NCBI GenBank assembly: GCA_951406725.2
Contig: OX597817.1
Location: 41,106,001-41,170,000 of the forward strand
Source: Octopus vulgaris
Lineage: Eukaryota
DNA length: 64,000 bases
Reading direction: 5' to 3'
The position numbers and the translations under genes are program-made. Positions 1 to 14,087 of the stretch are shown piece after piece. The notes beneath the pieces are model-generated. The model saw only the letters and a list, made by a program, of their open reading frames with translations. It ran no database searches and had not been told where the DNA came from. How positions within the stretch are numbered: position 1 is the stretch's first letter; every line of letters begins with the position of its first letter.

Positions 1-949
1 CAAAGTGGTAGGTTGCTACGTAGAATTCCTCTGAAAATTTGTTCCATTTCATGTCCTTCCATAAGGAAGCAAGCCTTTCTAAGTTAGCATATCTAATGAT
101 CCCCTTCCTGATCCTTTGAAACTAAAATATATATTTGTATTGCTGGTACATCTTAAAAACTCGTAAACCAGAAATCAGAATTTTCTCCTCTTCTTTTGTG
201 ATGAATGTGCACTATCTTTATCAATCCTGAAACCTTATATATCAGATCCTTGAATTAATAATGCCTTAAGCTGTCTTAAAACCAACAAGCAAACAATTTT
301 CCCTCTAAACATGCATATTACCTATACAGATAAAATGATGCTGTTTCAATCCATGTTATTTTTCTAAGCAGTGATTTACCTTAATGGGGACATGTGAAAT
401 ATACTTAATATTAAATTTGTTTCTGTAAAAAAATGTTCACTACTTGTCTACCTTCCTGATATGTTGCTACATTTCAGAGTGAGTTGATTTACCAGAAAAT
501 TGGAGAGAAAGAGAGAACAGATCTATCCAGTCAAGACAAGAAATAATATTTGTTTGTTAATGAGGTGAAATGGTAGAGTAAGCAAGAGTGCTGGAAAGAA
601 TGACTGCTTCATGGTACTTATGCCAACTCTCTGCCTTCCGAATTCAAATCCACCAGCATTCTGGGATTGATATTAAAAAAGTATCAATCCAACAATTAGA
701 GGATCAGGTAAGATCTCTTGAAGTAACTGTTCTGGCACTTTGCCTTTTAACAGCAACATTTGTGACAATATTAATGTTGAGATGTATTGGTAATGGCTTT
801 TCCTTTAGCTAAAATTAGGGGCATGAAAATGAGAAACTTGCATATATAGGTAACTGACAGCTTTCCTCAAAAAAGTGTTTTGTCCAGGCTTAATCATATA
901 TGTGCAGTCACATGAGTAATTTTGACTGATGGAGTTCAATGAACTTTGC

Positions 950-1400
950 TTGCGAAGACCTATTGAGGCAAGTGTAAACAAATCAAAATCGCTGATGTGG
1001 CCGACGACAGTACTGCCTGATTGGCTCTCGTGCCGGTGACACGTGAAAAGCACCATTCGAGCGTGATCATTGCCAGCGTCGCTTTACCGGCACATGTGCT
1101 GGTGGCATGTGAAAAACAACATTCAAGCGTGGTCATTGCCAGTGCTGCCGGGCTGGCTCCTATGCAGGTAACATGTAAAAACACCTTTTGAGTGTGGTCG
1201 TTGTCAGAACCGCCTGACTGGCCCTTGTGCCAGTGGCATGTAAAAGCACCCACTACACTCTCGGTGTGGTTAGCATTAGGAAGGGCATCTAGCTGTAGAA
1301 ACTTTGCCAGATCAGATTCAGCCTGGTGCAGCCCCTGACTCACCAGTCAAACCGTCCAACCCATGCCAGCATGGAAAGCGAACGTATGATGATGATGATA
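950..1400 (+). mobile_element. Retroposon with RTE-type 3' end and (GAT)n tail (family 3)
   Basis: ggcattaggaagggcatccagc...aaaccgtccaacccatgccagcatggaaagcg...(gat)n. Other copies at 1820-2045, 9860-10115 and 31960-32210 (+); 32598-32810, 42259-42413, 42920-43095 and 55250-55490 (-). Confidence 0.8.
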
Positions 1401-3203
1401 AATATATTATACCAATTTCAAATCTACAAGTGAGCTAATCTAAAACATATAAAATCTTAAGCTATAGGTATCATACAAAGATTGGAAACAATGGTCCTAC
1501 AGAAGGATTTTTGTAAAGAATTTATATAGTTGTGCACTAATTGATGCATTCCCGATCCACATTCTTCAAACCTAATTAATGCAACTATCTGAGTTGACCG
1601 GATAAAGGGCTTTAAGAATTTTATAATATCTTTCTTGAATTATAAAAAGAAAAACTGATTATTTTAGTTGGAGAAATAGACAGGTTTTAAGGAGATGGAG
1701 TTACAAATTTTGTCAAAAACTATTTTAGAAAACATATAGGAAAAGAATTTATCGAGGAATAAGTTTTACATAGCTGTCATACATCAATTCCATTAATGTT
1801 TTTTTATAGTCCTGTTCTTTTTCTGTCTTGCAAGTTACTTGGCAACCTCACTAGTGCTAATGGCACAAAAGAAAAAAGTATCCAGTACACCCTTTAAAGT
1901 GGTTGATATTAAGAAGGGTATCCAGTCATAGAAACCATGCCAAAGCTAACACTGGAGCTCAATGCAGCCCTGTGGAACCATCCAACCCATGTCAGCATGG
2001 AAAACAGACATTAACTGATGATAATGATGATGATGATAATGATGACTTAGATCATCTATATTGTAAATGATGTTTGTTTATAAAGTCAATTGTTTTCCAA
2101 AATGTTTGCTCGAAATCTCAGAGTTTGCAATCTTTTTATGTAATAAGATTAAACAAACAAACTTGTAATGAAGGAAATATACTAACAAATCTCACCAAAT
2201 CGCAATTTTTTATATTTCTGCAAATTTTTTTATTTGGCATTCATTTCAGAAATGATTTGTTACAACTCACCTCACTCTTTTGAAACGTGAATAAAAGCTT
2301 AACATGTAGAGATCTGAAGTGAAATTAGCTAATAAAAATATTAATCCAGGATTTTAGCATTAATGATTTTTATATGATAAATGTATAAAATTATAATACT
2401 GGAACAACTGTAATGGAGATTCATTACTGGAGATTAACTGCTGCTTGGATAAATTTTATCAATTTAGAATGTTTATTAATCATAACTGATAGAGATAACG
2501 ACAGATTAAATAGTTTTCTAAAGCTTTAAACATATTTCTAAAAATTGTAAGAGAAAAAAAAAATAGTAGTTTTCTTAAAGAGCCAGTTAAGTTTACTATA
2601 TAGAAATATCGAAGTCTTAATAGCAATTTTTATAAGTATCTGATAGTTTAATAAAAGGAAAATCATTTAAAAGTTAGCTTACATGAGAAAGAGAGAGAGA
2701 GAGAGGGAGAAAGAGAGAGAGAAAGAGAGAGAGAGATAGAGAGAAAGAGAGAGAGAGATAGATAGAAAGAGAGAACAAAATAAAAGGTTTTACATACTAT
2801 TTTAATTTATGCTACGTTCTTACAATAAATTTGCAAAATATGGTTTCTGGAAATTTTTGCAACAGAAAGCATTTAGAATAAGATTTCCAAACATAAAAGA
2901 AGGCTTCCCCAAATAGCAGAACATTAAATAAATAAATATATAAATATATAGATAAATAAACAGCGATGCAGAACTTGCTTTAAAATGGGATGTCTCTCGA
3001 TATTATAATTACCACATTGTTCTTGCGAGCGGGAAAACATTTGTTCCAACCACTGTGTGTGTGTGTATATATATACATGTGTGTATATATGTATAAATAT
3101 ATATATATATATACACAAATACATATATACATACACACACAGAAATGCACATATACAAATGCATGCATACATGAACATATATATATTTGTACATGTACAG
3201 AGC

Positions 3204-3260
<57 letters not shown>

Positions 3261-4170
3261 GTATATATATGTGTCTAAGTGTGTGCGTGTGTATACATGT
3301 ATATATATGTGTGTCTAAGTACACACACATTTGAACACAAACGCATATATATGCAAGTATATAAATGTATATATACATGCATATACACATATATGTAGCA
3401 ACACATACATATATATCTAGGATACAAAACCAGCTTTTATAATGGAGAGACAAAATACAGTCAACTGAATCTACTTCAGTATATTACTGGGTCTAATTCT
3501 CATATTCTAGGTATATGGAAAATATATTCAGACCCAGCTGGATTTCAATTCAAAACTGAGAGGGATGTGACCAAATTTATGTTAATATTCTATATTTCTG
3601 AAGTACACACTTAATCACTGGCATGCACACAACTGCACACATGTGCACACACTGATTATTTGATGAAAACACTAAACTGTTTTATTAGATGCCTACTCAG
3701 TTATGTAATGAAGCTGTATATATATATATTAAAGCTAGAGAAGTATGCTTAGTTCACACAGCAAATGAAAAGAAAATCTTCCAGAAAAACTGGCAGTGTT
3801 TTATATGAAAACTAAATATAAGAAAAAGAAAAAAGAAATGAAACAAAAGTTACAAATATAAGCAACAACTTGTAAAAATATCCCCAGAAGACTATTTCAA
3901 AATCATGCAAAAGTGAAAACTAATAGCAAATAAGGAAAACATTAAGCCGAAAAAATAGTGCAGTGAACAACTGTGAATGATTCTGTCTGAAACATTGAAA
4001 TATAGAGAAGGATGACATTTTTGAAAAGTATGATGAAAGGGTAAAAAGAACATTGTACTGTATCACCAATAACAGCCAAAAGAATGGAGGAGGACAACAT
4101 CCAGGCATGCAGAAGTACCGAAAATGTGTACTACCATGGTGAAAGAAATGAGAGAGAAGTTTAAACGTAC

Positions 4171-4224
4171 GCTTAGCAGTGTTACTCTGGGTGTTACTGC
4201 GTAAATTCAAAAAGTTCGGACGGG
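4171..4224 (-). CDS. KIF13: Probable KIF13 exon (54 nt, phase 1-1): (A)[17 protein letters not shown]
   Basis: Strong acceptor ttttgttgtttccag, donor gtacgt; phase fits the 23.3-kb exon. RP.FLNL resembles a motif I recall from invertebrate Khc-73 tails. Confidence 0.72.
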
Positions 4225-4345
4225 CTGGAAACAACAAAAATAAATCAGAGTATTTACAAATTATTTGAAAGTAATAATTAATAGCTTGCATATCTGATTA
4301 GGACAAATACATATATGTATATATATATCTACATATATGTGTGTG

Positions 4346-4387
<42 letters not shown>

Positions 4388-4474
4388 CATACATGTGTAT
4401 GTTTACTCACATTTATACATGTATACAAACATACATATTTGTGTATATGTATGTTTACTCACATATATACATAA

Positions 4475-4527
<53 letters not shown>

Positions 4528-7500
4528 TACATATGTAGGGTGAAACCAACTTGTTTTCAGACAGCAAAAGTCAGTCACCCATTTGATGCCAGTGTGATAG
4601 AAAAAATACAATTAAAATATAATAAAATAAAACCCCTGAAAAAGGTAAACATCTATGATGTTCACAAACCCACATTCAGCTTCATCCCAATATATCTATA
4701 TGAAAATAAAAACAAATAAAGAAAAACTGTATGGTTTACAGTCTAACTGAACTTGGGTTCTTGGATAAATCACACAGCTGAAGTATTACTTTTATACCAA
4801 TGCTGTTGTATTTATCAAGACTTATATTATAAAAAATCTGTAAGTTCTTAAAATTCAAAGGGTGAAGAAAACATATAAAAATAACACAAAAGACTCTTTC
4901 AAAAATCATAGGTTTTAAGCAAAAATATTTGTTTAAATTCTTTCTATAATTATGTTTATTCAACAGTTTATGGGTTTAGTTTGAATTGTTCCCAAATCAC
5001 AAGGATTTAATGCCATGTGATTAAATGGAAAGTTATTCAGTTTGTTTGTAGTTAGGTCATTCATTTATATTAGCAATTTGTTATGATTTGGAAGTTTTTG
5101 TTATATCTATATTATTTTATATAATTTTTTAATAAGTGATTTATTAGGTTAATTTATTTTCTATTGTTAAATATTTATTTAGTAGATATTGGTGTTTGCT
5201 AGTTTTTTTCCTTTGCACATGGTTTGGAGACATTGGTTTAAAGGTACATTGTTATACTAGTTTACATTCAATTTGTTTTAGGAGTGTTTTCATATTTGGA
5301 ACGTGTGATTGGATGCAAAACAGTATATCTACTCATCTGTGTTCATTAATTTATATGTTTAAAATTCTAGGTTTGCTATTCCTTGGGTTGTCATTATTTT
5401 CATTATTTTCTATGTTATGTGTTGGTGATTCAGTAAATTTTGCTGAATACATTTTGTTTGCTATTTCTATTTTGTTCTATAGTTTTTGAAATAGCAATGT
5501 CCTTTTTTGGAAGAAATTTCTTTGTTTTATAGGTACTACTTTTTAATTTCTAGCTTTGGAGCTACATGTTCATATGGCTTTGTTTACATTCAGTGATGGT
5601 ATTAGTAATAGTAAGAAGGTGTAGACATAATGGACATATCACTCTTGCTACATGTCTACTAATTCTCAAGCAGCATTTGTTTTCAATGCTGTTGACACTG
5701 CTGGATTGAATGGAACTGCCCAGGTGTCAAAACCATAGTGATATCTATTAGGCAGCCGATGATGGGAATGCTTGATATTCTTGTTGCCTATGAATCCTTT
5801 ATATTTTGGGTCTCTTTATTCTGAATTGTCCTTCATTCTTATAAGGCTGAACATGTCTAAAGATTAATGGTGATTATACAGATATTGATATTGCATGATT
5901 ATCTTCATTGATAATCTTAAGCTAGGATGATATTTAATTAATGGTTTCTAGTTCTGAGAGGTTCTGGGGCATATATGTTTTTTCGCAAGTTCGGTACCAG
6001 TCAAGTGGAGTCAAATAGCTGGTCAAAACACATACTGAACATTCTAATAAGTAGATACACAAATACAAATATATACACATACTATACATAGTAACACAAA
6101 TATAGGCAAACCAACACACACAAAAACAAACATATATGAATATGCATATACACATACATGCATGTATATAAAATAATAGAATAAACTGTCCTTAATTAGT
6201 TTCATTGATGAATGATCCAATTGTTTTATCAATTGAGTTCTCTACACAATGTATGTATAAGTGGCTGAGTATTCCACAGATACTTGTGCCCTTAATGTAA
6301 TCCCTAAGCAGAATTGGTATGACAAAGTGTGTGGCATACTTGCCTCTTTGAATTAATAACAAGCAAGTTTATCTGATGGAAGTTATGGAATCACAATTGC
6401 TACTTGCGGTCTAGAAGCAATATGGTATACCTTGCTCGAAGGCTGGCAGCCAGCCATTTGCATCAAAACGGACATGTTTACACTAGTGCTTCAAATACTA
6501 AAGTTGAATGTTTCAACCAAATAAAACTATTTGATTCTGGCAACTGCATTTCGTCGCAACAATTTATTCAGCTAAAACTGAAAGCAATTATTTTCACAAC
6601 GTCAATCAGAAAGTTCTCTGAGACATGTTTTTCTGCAGTGAGGATACAACAATGGCAAAAGAAAAATTTCTTCCGGCACATCACTCTGACAACATTCCAT
6701 CACATACAAACAGTGAGTGGACACACTACAAAACTACATTCCTAAGTATTTTTGCTAGTCTTTTCCTTTGCACATGGTCTGGGGACATTGATTTAAAGGT
6801 ATATTGTTATGTTAGTTTACATTCAATTTGTTTTAGGAGTGTTTTCATTTTTGGAACTTGTTATTGGATGCAAAACAGTATATCTACTCATCTGTGTTCA
6901 TTAACCCTTTTGTTACCATATTTCTATTGAGATGCTCTGTGTTTCTTTCAATTAATTTTAAATATAACAAAGAATTTAGTAAAATAACTTAGTTATCATT
7001 AAGCTAGAGTTAGGAAAATAAATTGTGACTAAGGTTTGGTGGAAGATTTTAATTCAAAACTTTTGAAAACAAGACATTTGTACTACAGAGCCAGAGGCGG
7101 TTTCAGCCGGGTTGGCATCAAAAGGGTTAATTTATATGTTTAAAGTTCTAGGTTTGCTATTCCTTGGGTTGTCATTATTTTCTATGTTATGTATTGGTGG
7201 TTCAGTAAATTTTGCTCAATACATTTTGTTTCCCAGACTTCACAAAATAACAAAGACTCATTTTGCTTGGTAATGTTATCTCACCTTCAGTCTTCAGACA
7301 TATTGCAGATTGCACAATAATTATTCTCAACTGAATCTTCATTAAACAACAGAATGCAATTTTTTGTGGATTCCAGTTGCTGTTACAAAGACAGCTAACA
7401 AAATCTTATGCTACAATTCAATACAGCCTCAACGAATACTTTATATTTCAAGCTGTGACTGTTAATGTATATTGAAAGGAGAGCATTAGAGACTCATCTA

Positions 7501-10500
7501 CTTGAGAAATTCTCACTGAAATTGAAACAAGCAATCACGAAGGCTCATTCTCTGGAAGCTGCTCAAAGAAATGCAGAGGTTAACCAGTAATTTTTCCTTT
7601 CTTTCTATATGCCCTATCTGGAACTCTCGCTGAAATAGAATCTAGTTTTCTTAGCAATGAGTAAACTGTTGCCACAAATCAACCTAAAGGTTTTTCTGTG
7701 TTAGCTCCTACCATGACAATTTTACTTGTTCAGTGAAGAAGGAAACTTGGTACAACTGCAAAAGGGCTGAATATTTTTCATGATCATGTCAGTCAAAAAA
7801 TACCACAACTTCAGTACCAACCATCTTTTGCTACAACAAGGATACCACCTAAGAAATGGACTTGAAAAAAAATGTTAGTATCATTGTATATATAGTTAGC
7901 CAATATATTCTTTTCTACTGTAGGTACAAGGTCTGAAATTTTTGGGGAGGGGGCCAGTTGATTAGATCGACCCCAGTATGCAACTGATACTTAATTTATT
8001 GACCTTGAAAGGATGAAAGGCAAAGTCGGCCTTGACAGAATTTGAACTTGGAACATAAAGACAGACAAAATACTGCTAAGCATTTCACCCGGAGTGCTAA
8101 CGTTTCTGCCAGCTTGCCACCTTGGCCAGCCAATATATTGAGGTTTCACTTGATTTGGAGAATTGCATGAATTTCTCTTTCCCAACATTTCAGCAATGTC
8201 CTTGAATTGACAGGACAGCTAAAACCAAACAGACTGTTTTTCCATCTTCCATCTTGTGTGTTAGGTGTATTTAATTTAGCTGTTTCATTTAACTTTTGTA
8301 CAATAGTTACAGAACATGATTTTAAAAATAACTTCCTATGAAATGAAATGATACAGCAATCATTTCATTTAAAAGCCATCTTAATGTTGCTTGTTCCAAT
8401 GTCCTGATCCCACCAATACAACAATTTAAAATCAATTGCTACTAAACCTAGCTGTTTTCCTCAACCTAATGAAATGTTTATAAAGAAAGAAATTAAACAT
8501 GTTGATGGTATTATTCATTTTCTATTATTGAAAGATCTTATGTGTTCTATTTTGTATACTAAATTCTCCAACAAATTGGATATGAAAGCAGTACACCATT
8601 AGATTCCATTTAACAAGGTTACTGTTTGGTATGAATAATGCCTTAAGACTGCTTCAAAGAGTGATGGGTGGTATAATTACTGATAATGAAATTTGAGTAG
8701 TTCAAGGCTTTTTGAACCAATTGGCATGAAATTCATTCACAAATATACTCCAACCTCTATCCAACAAGCATGAGGTCTCTTCCTTCAGCTTTTCTACTGC
8801 TACTACAAGATCTGCTCTCCAGAGTTGGCACTCTTGATTAACTAGTCTCTTCTTTACTTATTCCTCAATCTCTGTCCATTGCTCCAGGTCCCATACTAAC
8901 CACTATGCTCAGTCCATTCTTTCCAGAAACATTAGACCTCTGGAATTCCCTTCCTGCACATGTAAATCCTGAATTTGTTAACTTGTGAGAGTTGAAGCAC
9001 ATTGTTAACAACATTGATCTCATTGATCCCAGAAATACTACAAGGGCCAGGGGCACAGTCTCTTCCTCTCCTTCCTCTAGATTGAACTAAAGAACATAAA
9101 CGTCTAATTCCAATGATATATTTATATCATTGACAAAACTAATGAGGAGCATGGTGGGAACTTGGCTCAATATATTTCTGTTAGTAAAAGACTCAACATT
9201 ACGTGGAACATTGGTTTTCTCTACCAAACATCCAAAATAGAAAATAATTCTCTGCAACCTGACCTGGGAAAATTGAAAACCCTTGATAATTATCTGATGT
9301 TTACTAACCCTAACTAAATTCTACTTACTGCTGTAAAACAGTGAAATGCCTACACAGTATTCATCTGCTTTAAACTTCAATAGTAAATGTCCCTTTCTCA
9401 CCTACCTTCCCTGAAATTTCATTACTTGCTGAAACTCATGTTTCTGGAATTACAATTTCAGGTATCCTTTCACAGTGCAATAAACCTGTCACTTTCTCAG
9501 TGAAATAAACCAGAACTCTTTCTCACCCACAATGAAATCTGTTAGGAATGTGTCAATAAAAGGAGGCAATAGCAGTCATAGCAAGTGGTCAGATATTTTA
9601 TTATAATACACTGATCAACATGTCATCTATATTTAGTTACAAAAGTAGGGGACAAATGAAAAATAAGCTTTGTCATTGGCAAATAGAATTATTATCTAGA
9701 ATTATGACACCAGATCTAATTTTATTATTTATATTAAAAAAGAAAATACAACTTTTAAAAAAAAATTTCATTCTTTAAATTTAAGAAATTTTTATTGCCT
9801 TTACAAATAATTTCTGTTATTGGATATTGTATTTCTTGGCATATAATGTGCACTTGCACAATATGCCATGCTTGAGCATATGACCCATCAAGTTGAGCAA
9901 AATCGCAGTTGTGGCAGATACTGGTGTCATGCAAATGTCACCTGTGCTGGTGGCACTTAAAAGCACCCATTACACTCTCAGAGTGGTTGGTGCCAGGAAG
10001 GGCATCCAGCTGAAGAAACCGTGTCAAATCAGACTGGAGTCTGGTACCACCCTGGTCAAACTTCCAACCCATGCAAGCATGGACAACGGATGTTAAATGA
10101 CGATGATGATGATGACACATACCTGGTACAGGTAACACAATTGTTGATGCCTTTTACCAGACACTCTGCTTTGACAACTACTGGAATCACAAGAGCTATG
10201 GAATCATTATATTTCCACCCATGTGTATTACAGTATACTCTGGGTGAATGGTAGCAACCAGCCATTTGCAATAAAACAGATATATTTACATTTGTGCTTC
10301 AAGTAAAGAAGTTGAACATTTTAGCTGAATAAAATGATTTTATTCTTGCCTTAACAACTAGCTTCCACTGTTCCCATCTACCCAATTCTACTAACAGGGC
10401 TTGGATCCATCCAATGATATTGCAAGAGATATTTGCTCAAGATCCCATTTAACTGTATGGATGGAATTTAGACAGCCATAATTGTGAAACAGATTTCTTA

Positions 10501-13500
10501 ACCATTTGGCTATACCTGCGTCTATAAATACAAAAATGCACAAACACATACATACTTGCACAAACATATACACAACCATTTATAGAAATGCACATACAAA
10601 TATAAACATACACATTATACACATACAATGAACACATATAAACATATACACATAAACGAACACATACATTCGAATATTCACAAACATATATAAAGTTTCT
10701 GTCTATGCATATACAAATATAAACATACACATTATACACATACAATGAACACATATAAACATATACACACAAACAGACACATACATTTGAATATTCACAA
10801 ACATATATAAAGTTTTTGTCTATGCATATACAAATATAAACATACACATTATACACATACAATGAACACATATATATAAACATATACACACATACATTTG
10901 AATATTCACAAACATACATAAAGTTTTTGTCTATTCAATTTTTCTCCCAAGGTTAGACTGACTTGAGGCTACAGTAAAAGACATTTGCCCCAAATGCTGA
11001 TCAAGCCATGGTCATTCATTTCTATTTCTTTTTTTCTTTACAGAATTATCCTTCCCTTTTCAACTTGGTGGCTCTATTTCTAGCAAAGTCATTCTACAGT
11101 GTAATAGTTTTCCAATTGGCCTTTCTATCTTAATGTTTCCTGTCATATGACCTATTACCACTATCTTTACTTGGCTGCAAACCCCTCTCACTAAGGTATC
11201 ATCATCTCTAGCCTTGTGTATAGCTTTCCAATACATCTTGTCATTTCTTCCAGAATGAACAGCCTCACCTGAAAGGAAAACCTTGGAATTTATTCCCTTC
11301 TCTTAAGGGGCACATAAGTTTATTCTATTTCATAAACTTTACTGAACTGGTATTTACTGATATAGATCATTACTAGTTTGTTTAGACTAAAGTGGTTTTC
11401 TTTACATACACACACACACCACATTCAAAACAAGAGAGGATATAAATTTCAATGTTTATTCAATACGTATTACATGTTTCAATTGCAAGAATATTTGTTA
11501 TATAACGAAAATCCTTAAACAGTATTACATAACAAATATTATTGTTGGATCACATGTAAAAACGTATTGAATGAATGTAAAAATTAATTTCCACTGTTGT
11601 CTTATATTTGCAGCCTGTGTTTAAAGTAAAAAAACATGGAATTATAAAGCATTTGCTCCTTGCATATGGATGGACCTTTTAAATTGGAGTTCCAAACATT
11701 GTTTATAGTTTATATGTTATGATTAACAAACTACAATACACAAACTATATATATACATCAATTATTAAATGATGAAACAAGAGCTACGCAATCGCTTTCA
11801 TAAGTTTGCAGCTGTTTCTGCTACAAGAGTGTACTCATAGCTGAGTGCTCAAGCAACATCTTATAGCTGCCTTGGAGTACTCAGCTCTGAATGCAATGCT
11901 TGTTATAGCAGAAACAGCTACAAGCTAATGAAACTGACAATGTAATTCCTGTTCTTTTGTCAGTCATTAATTGATACTTTGCTCAGTACTCATCTGACAC
12001 TATACTCAAAAGCTTAAGTATACTGAGCTCTAACAACTGACTATTAGTATTGCTATGCCCCAATGAAATCATAAAATACACACACACACATATATATACA
12101 CATAGTAGCTGTCAACTTGATTTTGTGCATAACCACTTTCTTATAATAGACATATGCCTGTAACAGATTTGTCAGATTATCTGTTATAGGCTCTTAAATT
12201 ACTATGTTGCCTTGAGTTTTTTAAAAATTTTTTTTGTCACATAAGTTGCATGGAATTTTGTCAAGGAAGTTATCAACAGTGGCTCCATTTTTTTACATCA
12301 CACACACACACACATGCATGTATTTCTATAAAACACACAAACAAATGTGAATTAGAGATTTACATTTATCAAGCTTCCCATGTAAGTCTGCATGGAAAGT
12401 TTTGTGTTTTTATTTTTATAATTTGGTCTCCTCAACCTCACTTCTGAAGTTGAAATTTTCTTTATTATTATCTTGATATATGAAGCAAGACTGACTGAAG
12501 CCTAGAGGCTTGATACAACTACAGAGACATTTTAAGATCAATTCTGCAGAGTTGCCATGACACTCTCATTTTTGTTTGTTTTCCTTATAGCTCTTGTTCT
12601 TTCTCACATATCCACTCACGCATTCCTGCATTTGTACACACATATTTATATATACTACACCACATACAAATCTATATCTACACATATAAGGTATTCACAT
12701 ATAAACATTTATATATATATAAATATATGTATAATGAAATATGCATTTACACAAACGTTGTAGCTATTTGAGCATTAAATGTGGCACACTGGAAGCCAAC
12801 ATGCACGCAGTTTGTATCCTGTTACTGCTGTGTTTGTAGTTAACACACATCCAGTGCTTCATATCGTGCAGTGTTGATTTCAATTCCTATAGCTGAAGGA
12901 GTGATGGTTCTCCCAAATACTCAGAGCAGAAAAGTAGACCTTCAGTGGAATGTAAATGAAACACTGAGGCATATACACACAAATATATATGTTTAACAGT
13001 TTGTGCTTCTTGTTTTCACAGGTTTCAGTCATTGGAATGCAGGCATGCTGGGGTGTCACCTTTAAAGATTCTAGTCAATTATATGGCCTTCAGTACTAAA
13101 CCTGAACTTGTTTCATTGATTTCTGTTCGTCAGATGATAGTCTACTAAGCTATGTTCATTTAGAGAGTTACCTCTCATGTATGTATGTATGTACGTACAT
13201 ACGTGCACACACACACACACACACACACAATCATGATGAATTGGTAAAGTTGTTAGAGCAGTGGATGAAATGCTTTGGGATATCATTCTGGGATTTTGCA
13301 TTCTGAGTTCAAATCCTGCAGAGGTTAACTTTGTAATTTCTTCAGAGTGGACAAATAATATAGCAGTCTTGAACAGTGGGTTGATGGAATCATTAGAGCA
13401 TTCCATGAAATGCCTTGCAACACTTGTTCCAGCTATGTGTGTTCTGAGTTCAATTCCTACCAAAGTCAACTTTATCTTTCATTCTTTGGGGCCCATACAC

Positions 13501-13954
13501 CAAGTGACAGTCTAGGACAGCACTTCTCAACTCTAGGGTTCCACGAGAAAGAGTGAAATAAGCTAATGCTAATTTCATGATCGTAACATTACTATACATG
13601 CACAACATATTATTGGTTATTGTAATATTCTAATATAGAAATCATCCTATCTAACCTATTATGTTATCAAAAAAATATAATAACCATTGAGGATATATAT
13701 AGTAATGTCTGAAATTCATGGACACCCTATATATATATATATATATATATATACAGTAAAACCTCAGTTTTCAAACAACTCTGATCACGAATAAATTTGA
13801 ATTTATCTCCCATCTTTCTCCTGTTCATATAATACAGTAGCACCTCGGTTTACGTATGCCTCTGGTCACAAATAAATTATGCTTTATATATATCTATATC
13901 TATATAAAGCACGATTTATTCGCAATCAGAGATGTTCGAAAACAGAGCTACTGC

Positions 13955-13993
<39 letters not shown>

Positions 13994-14039
13994 GATATTT
14001 ACTATGTGAACTATGATGAAAAAATATGAGAAAGATATA

Positions 14040-14087
<48 letters not shown>

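Noticed and set aside
3013-3040. Possible 9-nt microexon or E2F-like TTTCCCGC site
   Set aside because: Too short to tell from chance; the acceptor is weak.
2924-3453. ORFs rich in Y/I/C/V/H/T (also 4315, 10449, 33743-34464, 62732-63379, 63785)
   Set aside because: They are translations of (TA)n/(CA)n microsatellites, not genes.
12780-12960. Possible extra KIF13 exon ([17 protein letters not shown])
   Set aside because: Short pyrimidine tract and no recognisable homology; compatible with chance.
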